A stretch of DNA of 64,000 bases, taken from contig OZ252251.1 in the NCBI GenBank assembly GCA_965249725.1, forward strand, positions 704,001-768,000, read 5' to 3'. Positions 27,739 to 37,389 of the stretch are shown piece after piece. The first letter of the stretch is position 1. Every line of letters begins with the position of its first letter. The position numbers were made by a program, and so were the translations under genes. A model generated the notes under the pieces. It searched no databases and was not told the DNA's origin. It saw only the letters and a program-made list of their open reading frames with translations. The stretch comes from Longimicrobiales bacterium. Its GTDB lineage: Bacteria > Gemmatimonadota > Gemmatimonadetes > Longimicrobiales > Gaopeijiaceae.

Positions 27739-27970
27739 GGGTCATCTTCGCCCGTCCAGCCCGCGGCAGCGGAATCAAGGCCGAGGTCGTGGCCTGGTAG
27801 CCGGGGTACTTGGCAACGGACAACGCCTCGGTCATCCGCAAGGACGGAATGAACAGCGTCAGCCCGATGCAGCCCATGACCCGTCCAGTGTAGCCATTCG
27901 CCGGACGCCGCGACCGCGAACGGGTAGAATACCCACCACATGGCGATCTCGCAGAAGAAGTTCGGGTGAC
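27735..27970 (-). pseudogene. DUF1295 (steroid-reductase-like) C-terminal remnant
   Basis: RHPNFFCEIAMWW...TEALSVAKYPGYQ..TSALIP split across frames. Confidence 0.65.
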
Positions 27971-28100
27971 GGCCTGACAACGGCGGAGCGCGAGGAACTG
28001 CGTCGGCTGGCGCTGTGGCAGAGGAGGCCCGAGGCGGTGATCCATCACTCGGACCAGGGGGGCCAGGCCAGTCCCTCGCCGTCGGGCGCCGGTGCAAGAC
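27968..28100 (+). mobile_element. Internally deleted IS3-family remnant
   Basis: OrfA DGLTTAEREELRRL joined directly to OrfB ALWQRRPEAVIHHSDQGGQ. Confidence 0.7.
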
Positions 28101-28280
28101 GGGCAGCCGGAGCCGGATCGAGGCGAACCGCAGCCGAGTGTGTCGTCTTCGACCGAGGGTAATCTTCCGAGCGGTGGGGGCTTTCGCAATCCGCAGCGCT
28201 CCGCTTACTTACCACATGAACCGTGACGGAGCGCATCTAGCGCCGCGACTCGGGAGGGCACAGAACCGAGGGGAGAGGCG

Positions 28281-28841
28281 ATGGGGAAGCTGTTGCTCCT
28301 GGTCGCCGCCGTGCTCGCGGCGGCCGACGCAAGTGCGCAGACCACTTGGCGGGGATTGGTGGTTGCACCAGAGCACCGTTGTTCACCGTACCGGTCTGGC
28401 GACTACAGCTATCCGCAGTCCGTCCAGGCCTCGATCGTCCGAGAGTTGGGCGGCATCTACTCGCCGTACACCGGAGAGCGGTTCGCGTCAATGGGTCAGA
28501 CGGATATCGAGCACACGGTGGCTCGTAGCGAAGCCCATGATTCCGGTCTTTGCGCGGCGAGCCGCGAAACACGCCGGGCGTTCGCTCGGGACTTGCTGAA
28601 CCTCACGCTGGCCAGTCCGGGACTGAACCGGGGAGCCAAGGGTGCGGATGATGCCGCCGAATGGATGCCTCAGCGTAACCGCTGCTGGTTTGCAGACCGA
28701 GTTGTGGCGGTCCGTCGGCGGTGGGGGCTGACCATTGACGCCCGAGAGGCAAACGCCCTGGAGGCCGTACTGGCCGGCTGCACGACTACGGCTCTGGAGG
28801 CTGCCGGGGGCGGCGCCTTCGCGCCCATTGGTCATGCCTAG
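28281..28841 (+). CDS. Secreted HNH nuclease-like protein (DUF1524-type), C-terminus probably clipped by IS
   Basis: Signal peptide; DIEHTVARSEAHDSG, NLTLA...NR.KG..DAAEW. Confidence 0.75.
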   Translation: MGKLLLLVAAVLAAADASAQTTWRGLVVAPEHRCSPYRSGDYSYPQSVQASIVRELGGIYSPYTGERFASMGQTDIEHTVARSEAHDSGLCAASRETRRAFARDLLNLTLASPGLNRGAKGADDAAEWMPQRNRCWFADRVVAVRRRWGLTIDAREANALEAVLAGCTTTALEAAGGGAFAPIGHA

Positions 28842-29321
28842 CTGAGCGGGTTTTGGCGGAGGGATTTTAGCAAAGTTTGATACTTGTCGGCATGTCGATA
28901 GTTGTATCGCCATTCGGTTTCCTTGAGGTGCAAATGGAAGGTGTGTCTGAGGAGCCCTTTGAACTTCGCCAGCCGGACCTTGGCCAGGCCCCAGAAGCCC
29001 TCGATGCAGTTGATATGAACGGTGCCCTTGGTGAACTCGTCGCGGGCATGATCGACGCGGAAGTGGCCATAGCCTAGATCAACCAGGCCGTTGTAGCCGC
29101 GCCAGCCATCGGAGTTGATGACGGTGTGCGGGTCCACCCGGCCACGGATGATGCCCTGCAGGGTTGGCTTCGAGCAGTCCGGGACGATCTCGGTATACAC
29201 TTGGCCCTGCCACTCGAAGATGCCCAAGACGACCGTCTTGCCGTAAGCGCCGCGCCCACGCCGGCCCTTGACCCGGCGCGCTCCGAAGAAGCTCTCGTCG
29301 ACATCGACGACCCCGAACGGG
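28830..29321 (-). mobile_element. IS1595-family (IS1016-like) transposase, 5-prime truncated
   Basis: VDESFFG, RGRGAYGK, SDGWRGY, HINCIEGFW, LKETEWRYN. Confidence 0.85.
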
Positions 29322-29324
29322 AAG

Positions 29325-29727
29325 CTCTACAACGAGATAAGACCGCATGAGGCGTTAGGCGGTAACGTGCCCGCCGACCACTACCGACCCTCACCTCGAC
29401 CCTTCCCCAATCAACTCGAGCCGGTCACGTATCCAGGCCACTTCGAGACCCGGCTCGTCAGCTCGAACGGTGGCATCCGATGGTACGGTGACCGCGTCCC
29501 TGTCGGTCGACTCTTCGCCGGACATGAAGTCGGACTCGAAGAGATTGACCACGGCCTCTTTGAGGTCTACTTCGGTCCCATCTGGCTAGGACGCTTTGTT
29601 GAACCCAAACGCCTCATCTTCGACTCCCTCGGACGAGGGCAAAGACGAACTGGAGGTACTTGCAAAGGACGCAGAACTGTTACCTAGGTCTCTTTACTTA
29701 ACTGTCACCCAGGTCTTTTACCGCTCA
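29325..29727 (+). mobile_element. IS481-family 3-prime remnant with terminal repeats
   Basis: YNEIRPHEALG..PADHY; end carries ACTGTTACCTAGGTC / ACTGTCACCCAGGTC repeats. Confidence 0.75.
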
Positions 29728-29923
29728 ACCGGCCTGGCTGATGCGCCTATGGTGCGGAAAGCCACAAGGAAAGCCTGTAGAGAGGGAGCATCAGTTCGAG
29801 CGCCACTACGACGGCATCCGGTCCTTGCGTGGTGCCAGATCTCCGCGAGAACGCACCGAGCTGGTTGTCTCGTCTGGATGGTGGCCTTGGGACTCCTGCC
29901 CTCCGACTCACCGACTACCCGGG

Positions 29924-32194
29924 TCAGAGAATCCTGAGCTGCCTCGAGTATTTCACGATCAACGACCGTGTGAGGGGTCCGGTGAGGCTCGCCAAGCCGT
30001 GAGACTCTTGTGCTTCGTTGTAGACCACGTACAGCCCCGTCCCCGCGGTGTCTAACACGCCGAGACGTGCGTTCACCGACCACACATCGGCTTGATCCGA
30101 GTATTGAAGAAGGGTCTGCAAGAAGATTCGCGGTGTGAAAAAATATCCGACCCGAAAGCTCGTTCGTGTGGTCTTGAGGTCGCCCTCGTCCAATCGGACG
30201 ATGTTGTGGTCGAACCTGAACTCGGCGGTCAGAGTCTCTCCCTGCCGATAGGTGATCCCCATGTCGCCCGTGTACCGTGTGCCGGAGAAGAACTGGCCGC
30301 CATGAACCATAATGCGGCCTGACCAGCGAGCCGAGGGGTCGGTCCTCAGCTCCAGCGCCGGGAGAAAGTCGTTGTAACGCCCCGCAGGGATGACGACGCC
30401 CGGAGCGACCTCGAACGGCTCGCTGAGCCCCTCCTGGTGGAAGTTGAATTCCGGACCGAACCGACCTCCGCCCTCGGTGATGAACTCGGTATCGAGGTGG
30501 AAGTATCCCGTCTGTAGTTCCCCATCCAAGTCCCAGTAGTAGCTCGAGTTAATGTGCGGCGAAAACTCCCGGATCCACGACACCGAGGGCATCCGGACAG
30601 CCTTGGCGATGTTGGCATCGAGGTAGCGGTACCCAACCCGGCTCACGAAGCCCACCTCCGGGTTGAAATTTTTTCCGACCGCCCGCAACTGCATGCTCGT
30701 GCTGAAATCGCGGATCTGGTACGACAGATTGACGTTCGCGGCTTCGTCGCCTCCGATCAGCCCCGGGGTCTCCGTGCGGGCCACCCAGGCGTCGACGCTA
30801 AACGCGTCTCCAATGCCCAAACGCCCATCGACGGCGTATGTGCGGTTGTGGTCGCCCCCATCGTGGGTCGCCCTCCGTTGTACGAACATGGCCCCGGCGC
30901 GTGAGCGGTTGGGCAGTTCCTTAGTCACGCGGGCCACCGTGAAGGAATTCTCGCGGACACCCACCTCGACGTTCTCGTCGAGGTTATCCGTGAAGATCTG
31001 CACCAGCCCCACGCCAAGGCCTCGCACCTTGCCACTCAGCCGGCCGCCTCCCAGGATCGGCACCGCCTTGCCGCCGGGCGATATCCCGATCCTTCGACTG
31101 AAGAACAGATCCGCCGCCCGAGGTGTGCCGGCGGCGAAGGTCCCGGCGTTCTCGAGGAAGAACGGCCGCTTCTCCTGGAAGAACAGAGCGAACCGCTCGT
31201 TGACCGCGATCTGACCGGCGTCGGCCTCTACCTGACTGAAATCCGGATTGACCGTCCCGTCCAGGGTGAGGTTCGACGTCAGCCCATACGTCAGGTTGGC
31301 ACCGAAGTCGCCAGTGGGATCATCCCGAAGGAACACGTCGTTATCGTCGAGTGCACCGTTCAGGCTGCCCGTAACCACCGGATTGATCTCCATGAAGAGG
31401 CCCGGATCGAGGTCTCGGAGGTCCTGGAGCTTGCCAGCCTCCAAGAGCTTGTTGGGTTGGTTCGCAAAGGACGGCGCCCACGACTGCTGGTAGCCATTGC
31501 GCTGGATCCGACGGGTCACCTGAATGCCCCAGTCCTGGACCGGCACGTCGGCAAACCGCACGCTCTTGAACGGAATCCGTAGCTCGACCTCGTACCCTTG
31601 GTCGGTGAGGCGTCCTCCCGACTCCCATATGAAGTCGGGATTGTCGTCGATCGGCGGGCGGGAAAAGCCGCCGCCCCCGCCTCCGCTCCCGCCCCAGTGT
31701 CCACTTCGCCCGCCGCTGCCTCCCTCGAGCCAGATGCCGTCCTACTGGACTCCGAACGGGTTCACCGAAAAGGCGTACGCCCGCCGCTGATCGTCGAACG
31801 TATCCAGTACGACGCGGACATAGTCGTTCGAACGCGTCACCTGGTCGCGCTCCGTCATGGTCGCGCGGATGCCCGCTGGATCCGAGTCGAGAGCCTTGAT
31901 CGCGAAGTAGACGGCGTCATCGGTTACGAAGACACGTACCTCCGTCTGTTGCGAGCCGGGAATCCCCTCGGAGGGGTCGTACTGCGTGAAGCCGGTGAGG
32001 ACGGGCGCGGCATCCCAGACCGACTCGTCGATCCGGCCGTCGATGCTCACGTCCGGGTTCGTGAAACGTGGCGTGACGATCTGGGTCTGTCCGGCGGAGC
32101 CGTCGTATTCGAGAGCCGGCGACCGCGACGGCTGCGCATCGACCGTTGCCGAGGCAGCGCTGATCTGGAGGACGGCGAAAAGAACTGGAATCAT
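29924..32194 (-). pseudogene. CBM9-like + DUF5916 outer-membrane protein with in-frame TAG at 31742-31744
   Basis: FSVNPFGVQ*DGIW continues in frame to ELRIPFKS, NPDFSQVEAD, EKRPFFLE. Confidence 0.8.
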
Positions 32195-32237
32195 CTGATC
32201 TCGCTATAGACCGAACGGGGGTCCCGTCCGAATAACA

Positions 32238-32305
32238 GTGAAGCACCCACGGTGAAGCACTATGGTGAAGCTCGATGGTGAAGCTCGATGGTGAAGCTCG
32301 ATGGT
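32238..32305. repeat. 13-bp tandem repeat (GGTGAAGCTCGAT), 3 perfect + 2 degenerate
   Basis: Read directly; lies upstream of the DUF5916 gene. Confidence 0.85.
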
Positions 32306-32497
32306 CGAGCCATTTAAGATACTGAATCAGGAGCGCGGGCGTGGGGTTTCTCCTCACTTCCGCCCATCCGGTCCAGCACGCCATAGACGACCCCCAACCG
32401 ACCCATATGGTTGAGCCGGGCTTGCGCCCATCGTGTCGGCGAGCCTCATATTCGCCTGATCGCAGGTGCCGACCGATCCCGTGGAACCGTGGAACGC

Positions 32498-32707
32498 ATG
32501 AGTCATGACTTCGAGCCGACAGAGCGAGCTCAGATCCAGGCCGCACTGACTGAGGGCACCGTCCCGGCGTGCCCGTGCTGCTCCTCACCTCTCGATCAAA
32601 CGGTAATACCCCCGCGTACGGACGTGTCTTACGTTCGTCGCCGCGTGTGGCTCACCTGCGGGTCGTGCGACAAGAGCCTGGTGCTGGACCAACCGAGAGC
32701 GACGTAG
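32498..32707 (+). CDS. Small zinc-ribbon protein
   Basis: CPCC...CGSC, 69 aa. Confidence 0.65.
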   Translation: MSHDFEPTERAQIQAALTEGTVPACPCCSSPLDQTVIPPRTDVSYVRRRVWLTCGSCDKSLVLDQPRAT

Positions 32708-32712
32708 CCGGT

Positions 32713-33702
32713 ATGCGCATATCCGAGAAGCCGAAGGGGCCATGGAGGGGCACGGTCCGTCACGGCGTCGTGTCGCCCTGCCTCAGCTTTGTCGTCGCAT
32801 TGACCCTCGCCACCACAGCACCGCTTGGCGGCCAGGTGCGCGACCACGGCCCGGTCATTCTTCAGCTCCCCGCGAGCACCAGCGCCCAGGCCATGGGCGG
32901 GGCCTTCCAGCTAACCGGCGGTCGAAGCGGCGCGATCTTCTACAATCCGGCTCTCCTGGCCGGAGCGTCGGGGTTTGGACTCGATGGCCAGACGTTCGGC
33001 TCCAAGTCCAACTACCTCGCGCTGTCTGCCGTAACCGGCTGGTGGCAGGGCAATGTGGGCGTCGGCCTCCAGACCCTCAGCTACTCCACCGACGCCACGA
33101 ACGCCCGAGAGGTGGCTCCAGGGGAGACCGACCTGCTGACCGGGGGCGCGGTCGGCTCCACTGAATTCGTGGCTACGGTCGGCTACGCCCAGGAAGTGGC
33201 GGGCCTCGAGTGGGGTATCGCCGCCAAGAGCGTCGAGCACCGGCTCGGCGGCACCAAGGATGTGGCTCTGGCGGCGGACCTAGGGATCTCAATGGAGTTG
33301 GGTGACGTCAGGGTCGGTCTGGCCGCGCAGAATCTGGGGGCGAGCCTGGAGCTGGGGGGAGCATCCGTGGATCTCGCTCAACGGGTTACTCTGGGTGCCT
33401 CCGGGCAGGGATGGGAGGTCGGCCCGTTCGACCTCGGGGTGTCAGCCGCCCTGTCCAGGGAAGCCGACGGAACGGTGATCCCCGCTCTGGGCGGGGAGGT
33501 CGCGTGGTGGCCGATCCGAGGTAGAACCTTTACCGGGTGGATCGGGGTCCGCCGAGTAGAAGAGGGCCCGGCCGACGAGCTCACCTTCGGGGCGGCCTTT
33601 CACGGCGACGCCCTGGGGATCGAATACGCGTACCAGGGCTTCAACGATCAGGGCTTCGACGCATTCGGCGCCGCGCACCGGCTCGGGATCAGCTGGCGCT
33701 GA
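32713..33702 (+). CDS. PorV/PorQ(FadL)-like outer-membrane beta-barrel
   Basis: AMGGA..AIFYNPALL; C-terminal HRLGISWR. Confidence 0.65.
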   Translation: MRISEKPKGPWRGTVRHGVVSPCLSFVVALTLATTAPLGGQVRDHGPVILQLPASTSAQAMGGAFQLTGGRSGAIFYNPALLAGASGFGLDGQTFGSKSNYLALSAVTGWWQGNVGVGLQTLSYSTDATNAREVAPGETDLLTGGAVGSTEFVATVGYAQEVAGLEWGIAAKSVEHRLGGTKDVALAADLGISMELGDVRVGLAAQNLGASLELGGASVDLAQRVTLGASGQGWEVGPFDLGVSAALSREADGTVIPALGGEVAWWPIRGRTFTGWIGVRRVEEGPADELTFGAAFHGDALGIEYAYQGFNDQGFDAFGAAHRLGISWR

Positions 33703-33724
33703 TCGGCGCTAAGCGCCGCCGAAC

Positions 33725-33775
33725 CGCCCACCGCAGCGGCACGCCCACCGAGGCGGCACGCCCACCGCAGCGGCA
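33725..33775. repeat. 17-bp tandem repeat x3 (CGCCCACCGCAGCGGCA)
   Basis: Intergenic between convergent genes. Confidence 0.85.
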
Positions 33776-33787
33776 AGCGCCTCAGCG

Positions 33788-35731
33788 TCACGGCCGGGGA
33801 GCGACCCTCACCGAAGTGAATGCGGGGTCGAGGTAGGAGATCCCCACATCGTCCACCACGACCGTGCCGGCGTCGGTCCGGTCGAAGACGAACCGGATCT
33901 CCCTGAGGCTTCGGAGATCCAGGGCCGGCCGGAGCCGTGTGAAGTCCGACAGCGGAATCGAGTACGTCTGTAGCACCAACTCTGCGAGCTCGGTGAACCG
34001 CTCTTCCTCCAGATCACCTCGCCGGAGGATGTGCGTCTCGAGTGGGCGCCGAATCGGCCCGTATGAGCTGAGGGCCACTCTAGCCGAACGACCCTGAGAG
34101 TCGACCACCTCGATACTGAGGTCGACAGGCTCGTCGTCGTCCTCGTCGTCCTCCGCATCCTCACCCTCGTCATCCGTATCGGCTCCCTCCTCGTTCTGCG
34201 TGCTGTCTCCCGCAGCGTCCCTCGGCCCCGGCACGTCCTCGGAAACGGTCAGCGCAATCTGAAGGGACGCCCCCTCTCCCAACCTCCAAGCACGACCCAA
34301 CGTGTCCGGCACGGAGACGGTAAACGTCGAAGGGCGACCCAACTCCTCAGATCCTTTCACCTCTCGGTTCCAGCCCAGCCAGAGCGCTTGGTTCATCTGT
34401 GTCGACGAGGTAGTGGGCCGATTGCGCGAGCGCAGCACCATCTCCCTCTCTCTCCAGGTGGAGAGACTGTCACCGCTCAGGACCACCCCGGCGGCACTGC
34501 CTGTGGTCACGTCGATATCCTCTTCGAACGTGGCCAACGGCTTGAACGTGCCGTCCTCGAACCGAGTCACATACATGGTCTTTGGCAGCCATCCACCGGC
34601 AACCCGGTGGTCCCGGAAGAGCGGCAGAAACTCCGGGTTGCCCCGTAACGAATACTCCAGGAACGCGGAGACGTAGATTCTCGCAAACTCCTGCTGCTCG
34701 CTCGGCTCGAGCAGGGGTCTCAGGTCGAGGGTCCGACCGCTCCGTGGTCCGTTGTCGTGAGGACCCCACACACTGTTCCACTGACCGTGATTCGCCCGAT
34801 AGACGAAGACGGCCGTCTTCAGGTGAGGCAATCCGTCGGTGAACTTCACGCGATCATAGAGCCGAAGTCCGTGGAAGCTCGTGACATCCCCGTCGTGCGA
34901 ACCATGGAACACCATGTAGTTCACGTTTTCGACAGGCACGAATCGGTCCGTAGGGAGATACTGCCCGTCGACTGGAGCGATGGCGATGATCGCCTTGATG
35001 TCGAAGTTGAAGTCGAACGTCAGGTTGGCATCGTCGGGGTAGTGGCTGAGCCGGTTGAACGCCGCGGCATGCCCGACCGCTCCCCCGCCCCTGCTGTGTC
35101 CCATGAGCGCAAGGTTCTTTATATCCACCTTTCCGAAGAACGGGTTCTCGGCGTCTTGGTTGAAGCCGCCCCACGCCTCGAGGTGCTTGAGGAGAAGCCA
35201 GCCCCTCGCATCGTTCTCCTGCCGGATTCCCCCGTTCACGAAATTCATGTCGATCGACGCCAGGATGTAGCCGCGACTCGCCAGGAGCTCACCCAAGTAG
35301 TCGTATCCGGGGTCCGAATAGTCCCGCATGTTGTGATTGCCGTGCACCACCAGCACGAGCGGGAAGAGTCCGGCGCCATCGGGATACCAGACACGCCCGT
35401 TCAAGGGGAACTCCTCGGGAGTGAAGCCCCAGTAGTCATTCCTGGAGTCGGCCTGATCTCCGAGATCGATGAGCTTCGATGCGTCGACGCTCGCGGTGGT
35501 GAACTCGACGCCCTCACGGTACTCGTCACGGTTCTTGTCGTCACCGTGCCCATAAGTAAGGGTGCGTACCGAGAACGGCCCCCGAGAAGCAGGGCTCGAT
35601 CCCTCCATGAGCTGCCGAGCCAGAACCGTGGGATGGTCGCTCTCTTCGAGCTGCACCGCACCACGACAACCAGCGATCAAAAGGACCATCAACCCCGCGA
35701 CGACGAGGCGGCGATGACTCGGAAAATCCAT
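33788..35731 (-). CDS. Alpha/beta hydrolase lipoprotein (chlorophyllase-like)
   Basis: IAGC lipobox; VHGNH, GHSRGG nucleophile elbow, DGDV, ANHGQWN. Confidence 0.8.
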   Translation of the reverse strand: MDFPSHRRLVVAGLMVLLIAGCRGAVQLEESDHPTVLARQLMEGSSPASRGPFSVRTLTYGHGDDKNRDEYREGVEFTTASVDASKLIDLGDQADSRNDYWGFTPEEFPLNGRVWYPDGAGLFPLVLVVHGNHNMRDYSDPGYDYLGELLASRGYILASIDMNFVNGGIRQENDARGWLLLKHLEAWGGFNQDAENPFFGKVDIKNLALMGHSRGGGAVGHAAAFNRLSHYPDDANLTFDFNFDIKAIIAIAPVDGQYLPTDRFVPVENVNYMVFHGSHDGDVTSFHGLRLYDRVKFTDGLPHLKTAVFVYRANHGQWNSVWGPHDNGPRSGRTLDLRPLLEPSEQQEFARIYVSAFLEYSLRGNPEFLPLFRDHRVAGGWLPKTMYVTRFEDGTFKPLATFEEDIDVTTGSAAGVVLSGDSLSTWREREMVLRSRNRPTTSSTQMNQALWLGWNREVKGSEELGRPSTFTVSVPDTLGRAWRLGEGASLQIALTVSEDVPGPRDAAGDSTQNEEGADTDDEGEDAEDDEDDDEPVDLSIEVVDSQGRSARVALSSYGPIRRPLETHILRRGDLEEERFTELAELVLQTYSIPLSDFTRLRPALDLRSLREIRFVFDRTDAGTVVVDDVGISYLDPAFTSVRVAPRP

Positions 35732-36005
35732 GGTCTCTTCCTGCTGTCTGCGGGCGGGACCCAAGAGGTCGGGCCCATACCCTGTCTGGTTCTCGGCGCC
35801 TTCACCGCGGATTCTAGGTAGCGGGTAGCCCGAAGGGCAATTCCTGTCGGGCCGGGCCAAAGGCTGGACCCCGGGCGTCACGTTGGCGAATGTTCCGGGT
35901 CACTACAGGGAGTCATGCTCGTTCCTGACCCATGCTTTCCACGCCACGGAGGAGCCGACGACCGGTCCGCCCACTGGTTCGCCCACTTCAGCAACAGGTG
36001 AGTCC

Positions 36006-36491
36006 ATGCCGAATCGCATCGCACAATTCACGACCAATCAAGGCGAGTTCAAGGTCGAGCTCTTCGAGGAGCGCGCACCCGAAACGACGAAGAACTTCAT
36101 CGACCTCGTGGAGAAGGAGTACTACGACGGCATCGTCTTCCACCGCGTCATCGAGGGGTTCATGCTTCAGGGCGGATGCCCCACGGGCAACGGCACGGGC
36201 GGCCCCGGCTACACGATCGCCGATGAGTTCCACCCCGAGCTGCGGCATGACGTCGAAGGTGTTCTCTCGATGGCCAACGCCGGCCCCAACACCGGCGGCT
36301 CACAGTTCTTCGTGACTTTGGCCCCCACGGCCTGGCTCGATGGGAAGCACGCGGTCTTCGGCAAGGTCGTCGACGGCATGGACACCATCCGGGCTATCGG
36401 CACGACCGCCACCGGCCCAGGAGACAGACCTCTTCAAGAGATCGTCATGGAGCGGGTCGAGATCGTGGGACAGGGCCAGGAAGCCGACTGA
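36006..36491 (+). CDS. Cyclophilin-type peptidyl-prolyl isomerase
   Basis: FHRVIEGFMLQGG, LSMANAGPNTGGSQFF, HAVFGKV. Confidence 0.95.
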   Translation: MPNRIAQFTTNQGEFKVELFEERAPETTKNFIDLVEKEYYDGIVFHRVIEGFMLQGGCPTGNGTGGPGYTIADEFHPELRHDVEGVLSMANAGPNTGGSQFFVTLAPTAWLDGKHAVFGKVVDGMDTIRAIGTTATGPGDRPLQEIVMERVEIVGQGQEAD

Positions 36492-36518
36492 CAAGCATTC
36501 TTACGTTTGTCTCGGAAT

Positions 36519-36535
36519 CGTAACATTCTGTTGCG
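36519..36535. promoter_or_regulatory. Candidate upstream activator sequence
   Basis: CGTAACA-ttc-TGTTGCG imperfect palindrome about 110-125 bp upstream of the -24 box. Confidence 0.45.
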
Positions 36536-36601
36536 TTTTCGGGGAAATAGGTAAATATATTAACAGCTAAGCCTGCTGACCTCTCAGAGGTCAAGTAGGC
36601 T

Positions 36602-36614
36602 TAAGTTGTTGATA
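36602..36614 (-). promoter_or_regulatory. IHF binding site
   Basis: TATCAACAACTTA matches WATCAANNNNTTR exactly; lies between the candidate UAS and the promoter. Confidence 0.65.
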
Positions 36615-36642
36615 CTATGTCGGTTGCGGGTCCTGACAAGGT

Positions 36643-36658
36643 TGGCACCGAGATTGCA
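36643..36658 (+). promoter_or_regulatory. sigma54 (-24/-12) promoter
   Basis: TGGCAC-CGAGA-TTGCA consensus. Confidence 0.85.
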
Positions 36659-36715
36659 TATACCACCCTCACCCGCATGATCTCGGAGTTGTCGTCGACC
36701 TGACGGAGGAGAAGG

Positions 36716-37333
36716 ATGTTTAGGAAGAGAGACGTTTGGCGCATACTGCCTTTCGCCGTGCTGTTCGGTGTTTGGTCCTGCACCGACACACCGACGGACG
36801 AAGGCCCCGCCGCGCCCGCTGAGGGCTTGGCATCTGCGTTCTTCGAAACCGCTCCAGCACCCGGCTTCGCGGCCCACCAGTGGCGTGACTCGCGAGAGAG
36901 CCAGATGACGGTGACGCGCACCATCGGCGCGGAGGGGGGCGTGATGGAGTTCCGGAAGCTCGGAGCCTCGATCGTCTTCCCAGAGGGCGCCCTCTCGGAG
37001 GCAACAACGATCGAGGCGAAGGCGATCGCCGGCCCGGTCGTGGCCCTCGAGTTCAGTCCGCATGGCATCGACTTTGGCGTGCCCGTGCAGATTCGCATCA
37101 ATGCACGCATGCTGGCGCCCGGATGGGGCGGGAGCCTCGAGAGCGGCGACGAGCTGGGTGAGCACGACGGCGAGGTCCTGCGTCGGCACCTCTCGAAGCT
37201 CATAGGCGTCTACTATGTGGGCGGTCACACATCAGGCGCTGCCCCTCTGGAGACTCTGCCGATGTTCTTCGAGGACGGAGATGTCGTGCTCGAAGTGAGG
37301 CACTTCTGCGGCTACGCAGTGGCGTCGGGTTAG
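36716..37333 (+). CDS. Lipoprotein with ZU5/GAIN-like domain ending HF-CGYAVASG
   Basis: VWSC lipobox; IGAEGG, IVFPEGAL, FSPHGIDF..PV ZU5-like motifs; terminal HFC. Confidence 0.7.
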   Translation: MFRKRDVWRILPFAVLFGVWSCTDTPTDEGPAAPAEGLASAFFETAPAPGFAAHQWRDSRESQMTVTRTIGAEGGVMEFRKLGASIVFPEGALSEATTIEAKAIAGPVVALEFSPHGIDFGVPVQIRINARMLAPGWGGSLESGDELGEHDGEVLRRHLSKLIGVYYVGGHTSGAAPLETLPMFFEDGDVVLEVRHFCGYAVASG

Positions 37334-37389
37334 CTGGGAAGGGTGTGACTCGTGCTCGTAAGAGATGCACACTCCAGAGGAACGAATAG

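Larger units (their letters stand above)
11207..29727. mobile_element. Decayed genomic island / integrative element
   Basis: Dense mobile-gene fragments and IS elements with compositional shifts, between blocks of core genes; boundaries approximate. Confidence 0.7.

Noticed and set aside
31742..31744. Pyrrolysine or genetic-code reassignment of TAG
   Set aside because: TAG ends many normal genes here, no pyl genes are in the window, and the position is not a known catalytic site
32238..33775. Short repeats as a CRISPR array
   Set aside because: Units are 13-17 bp, directly tandem, with no spacers and no cas genes
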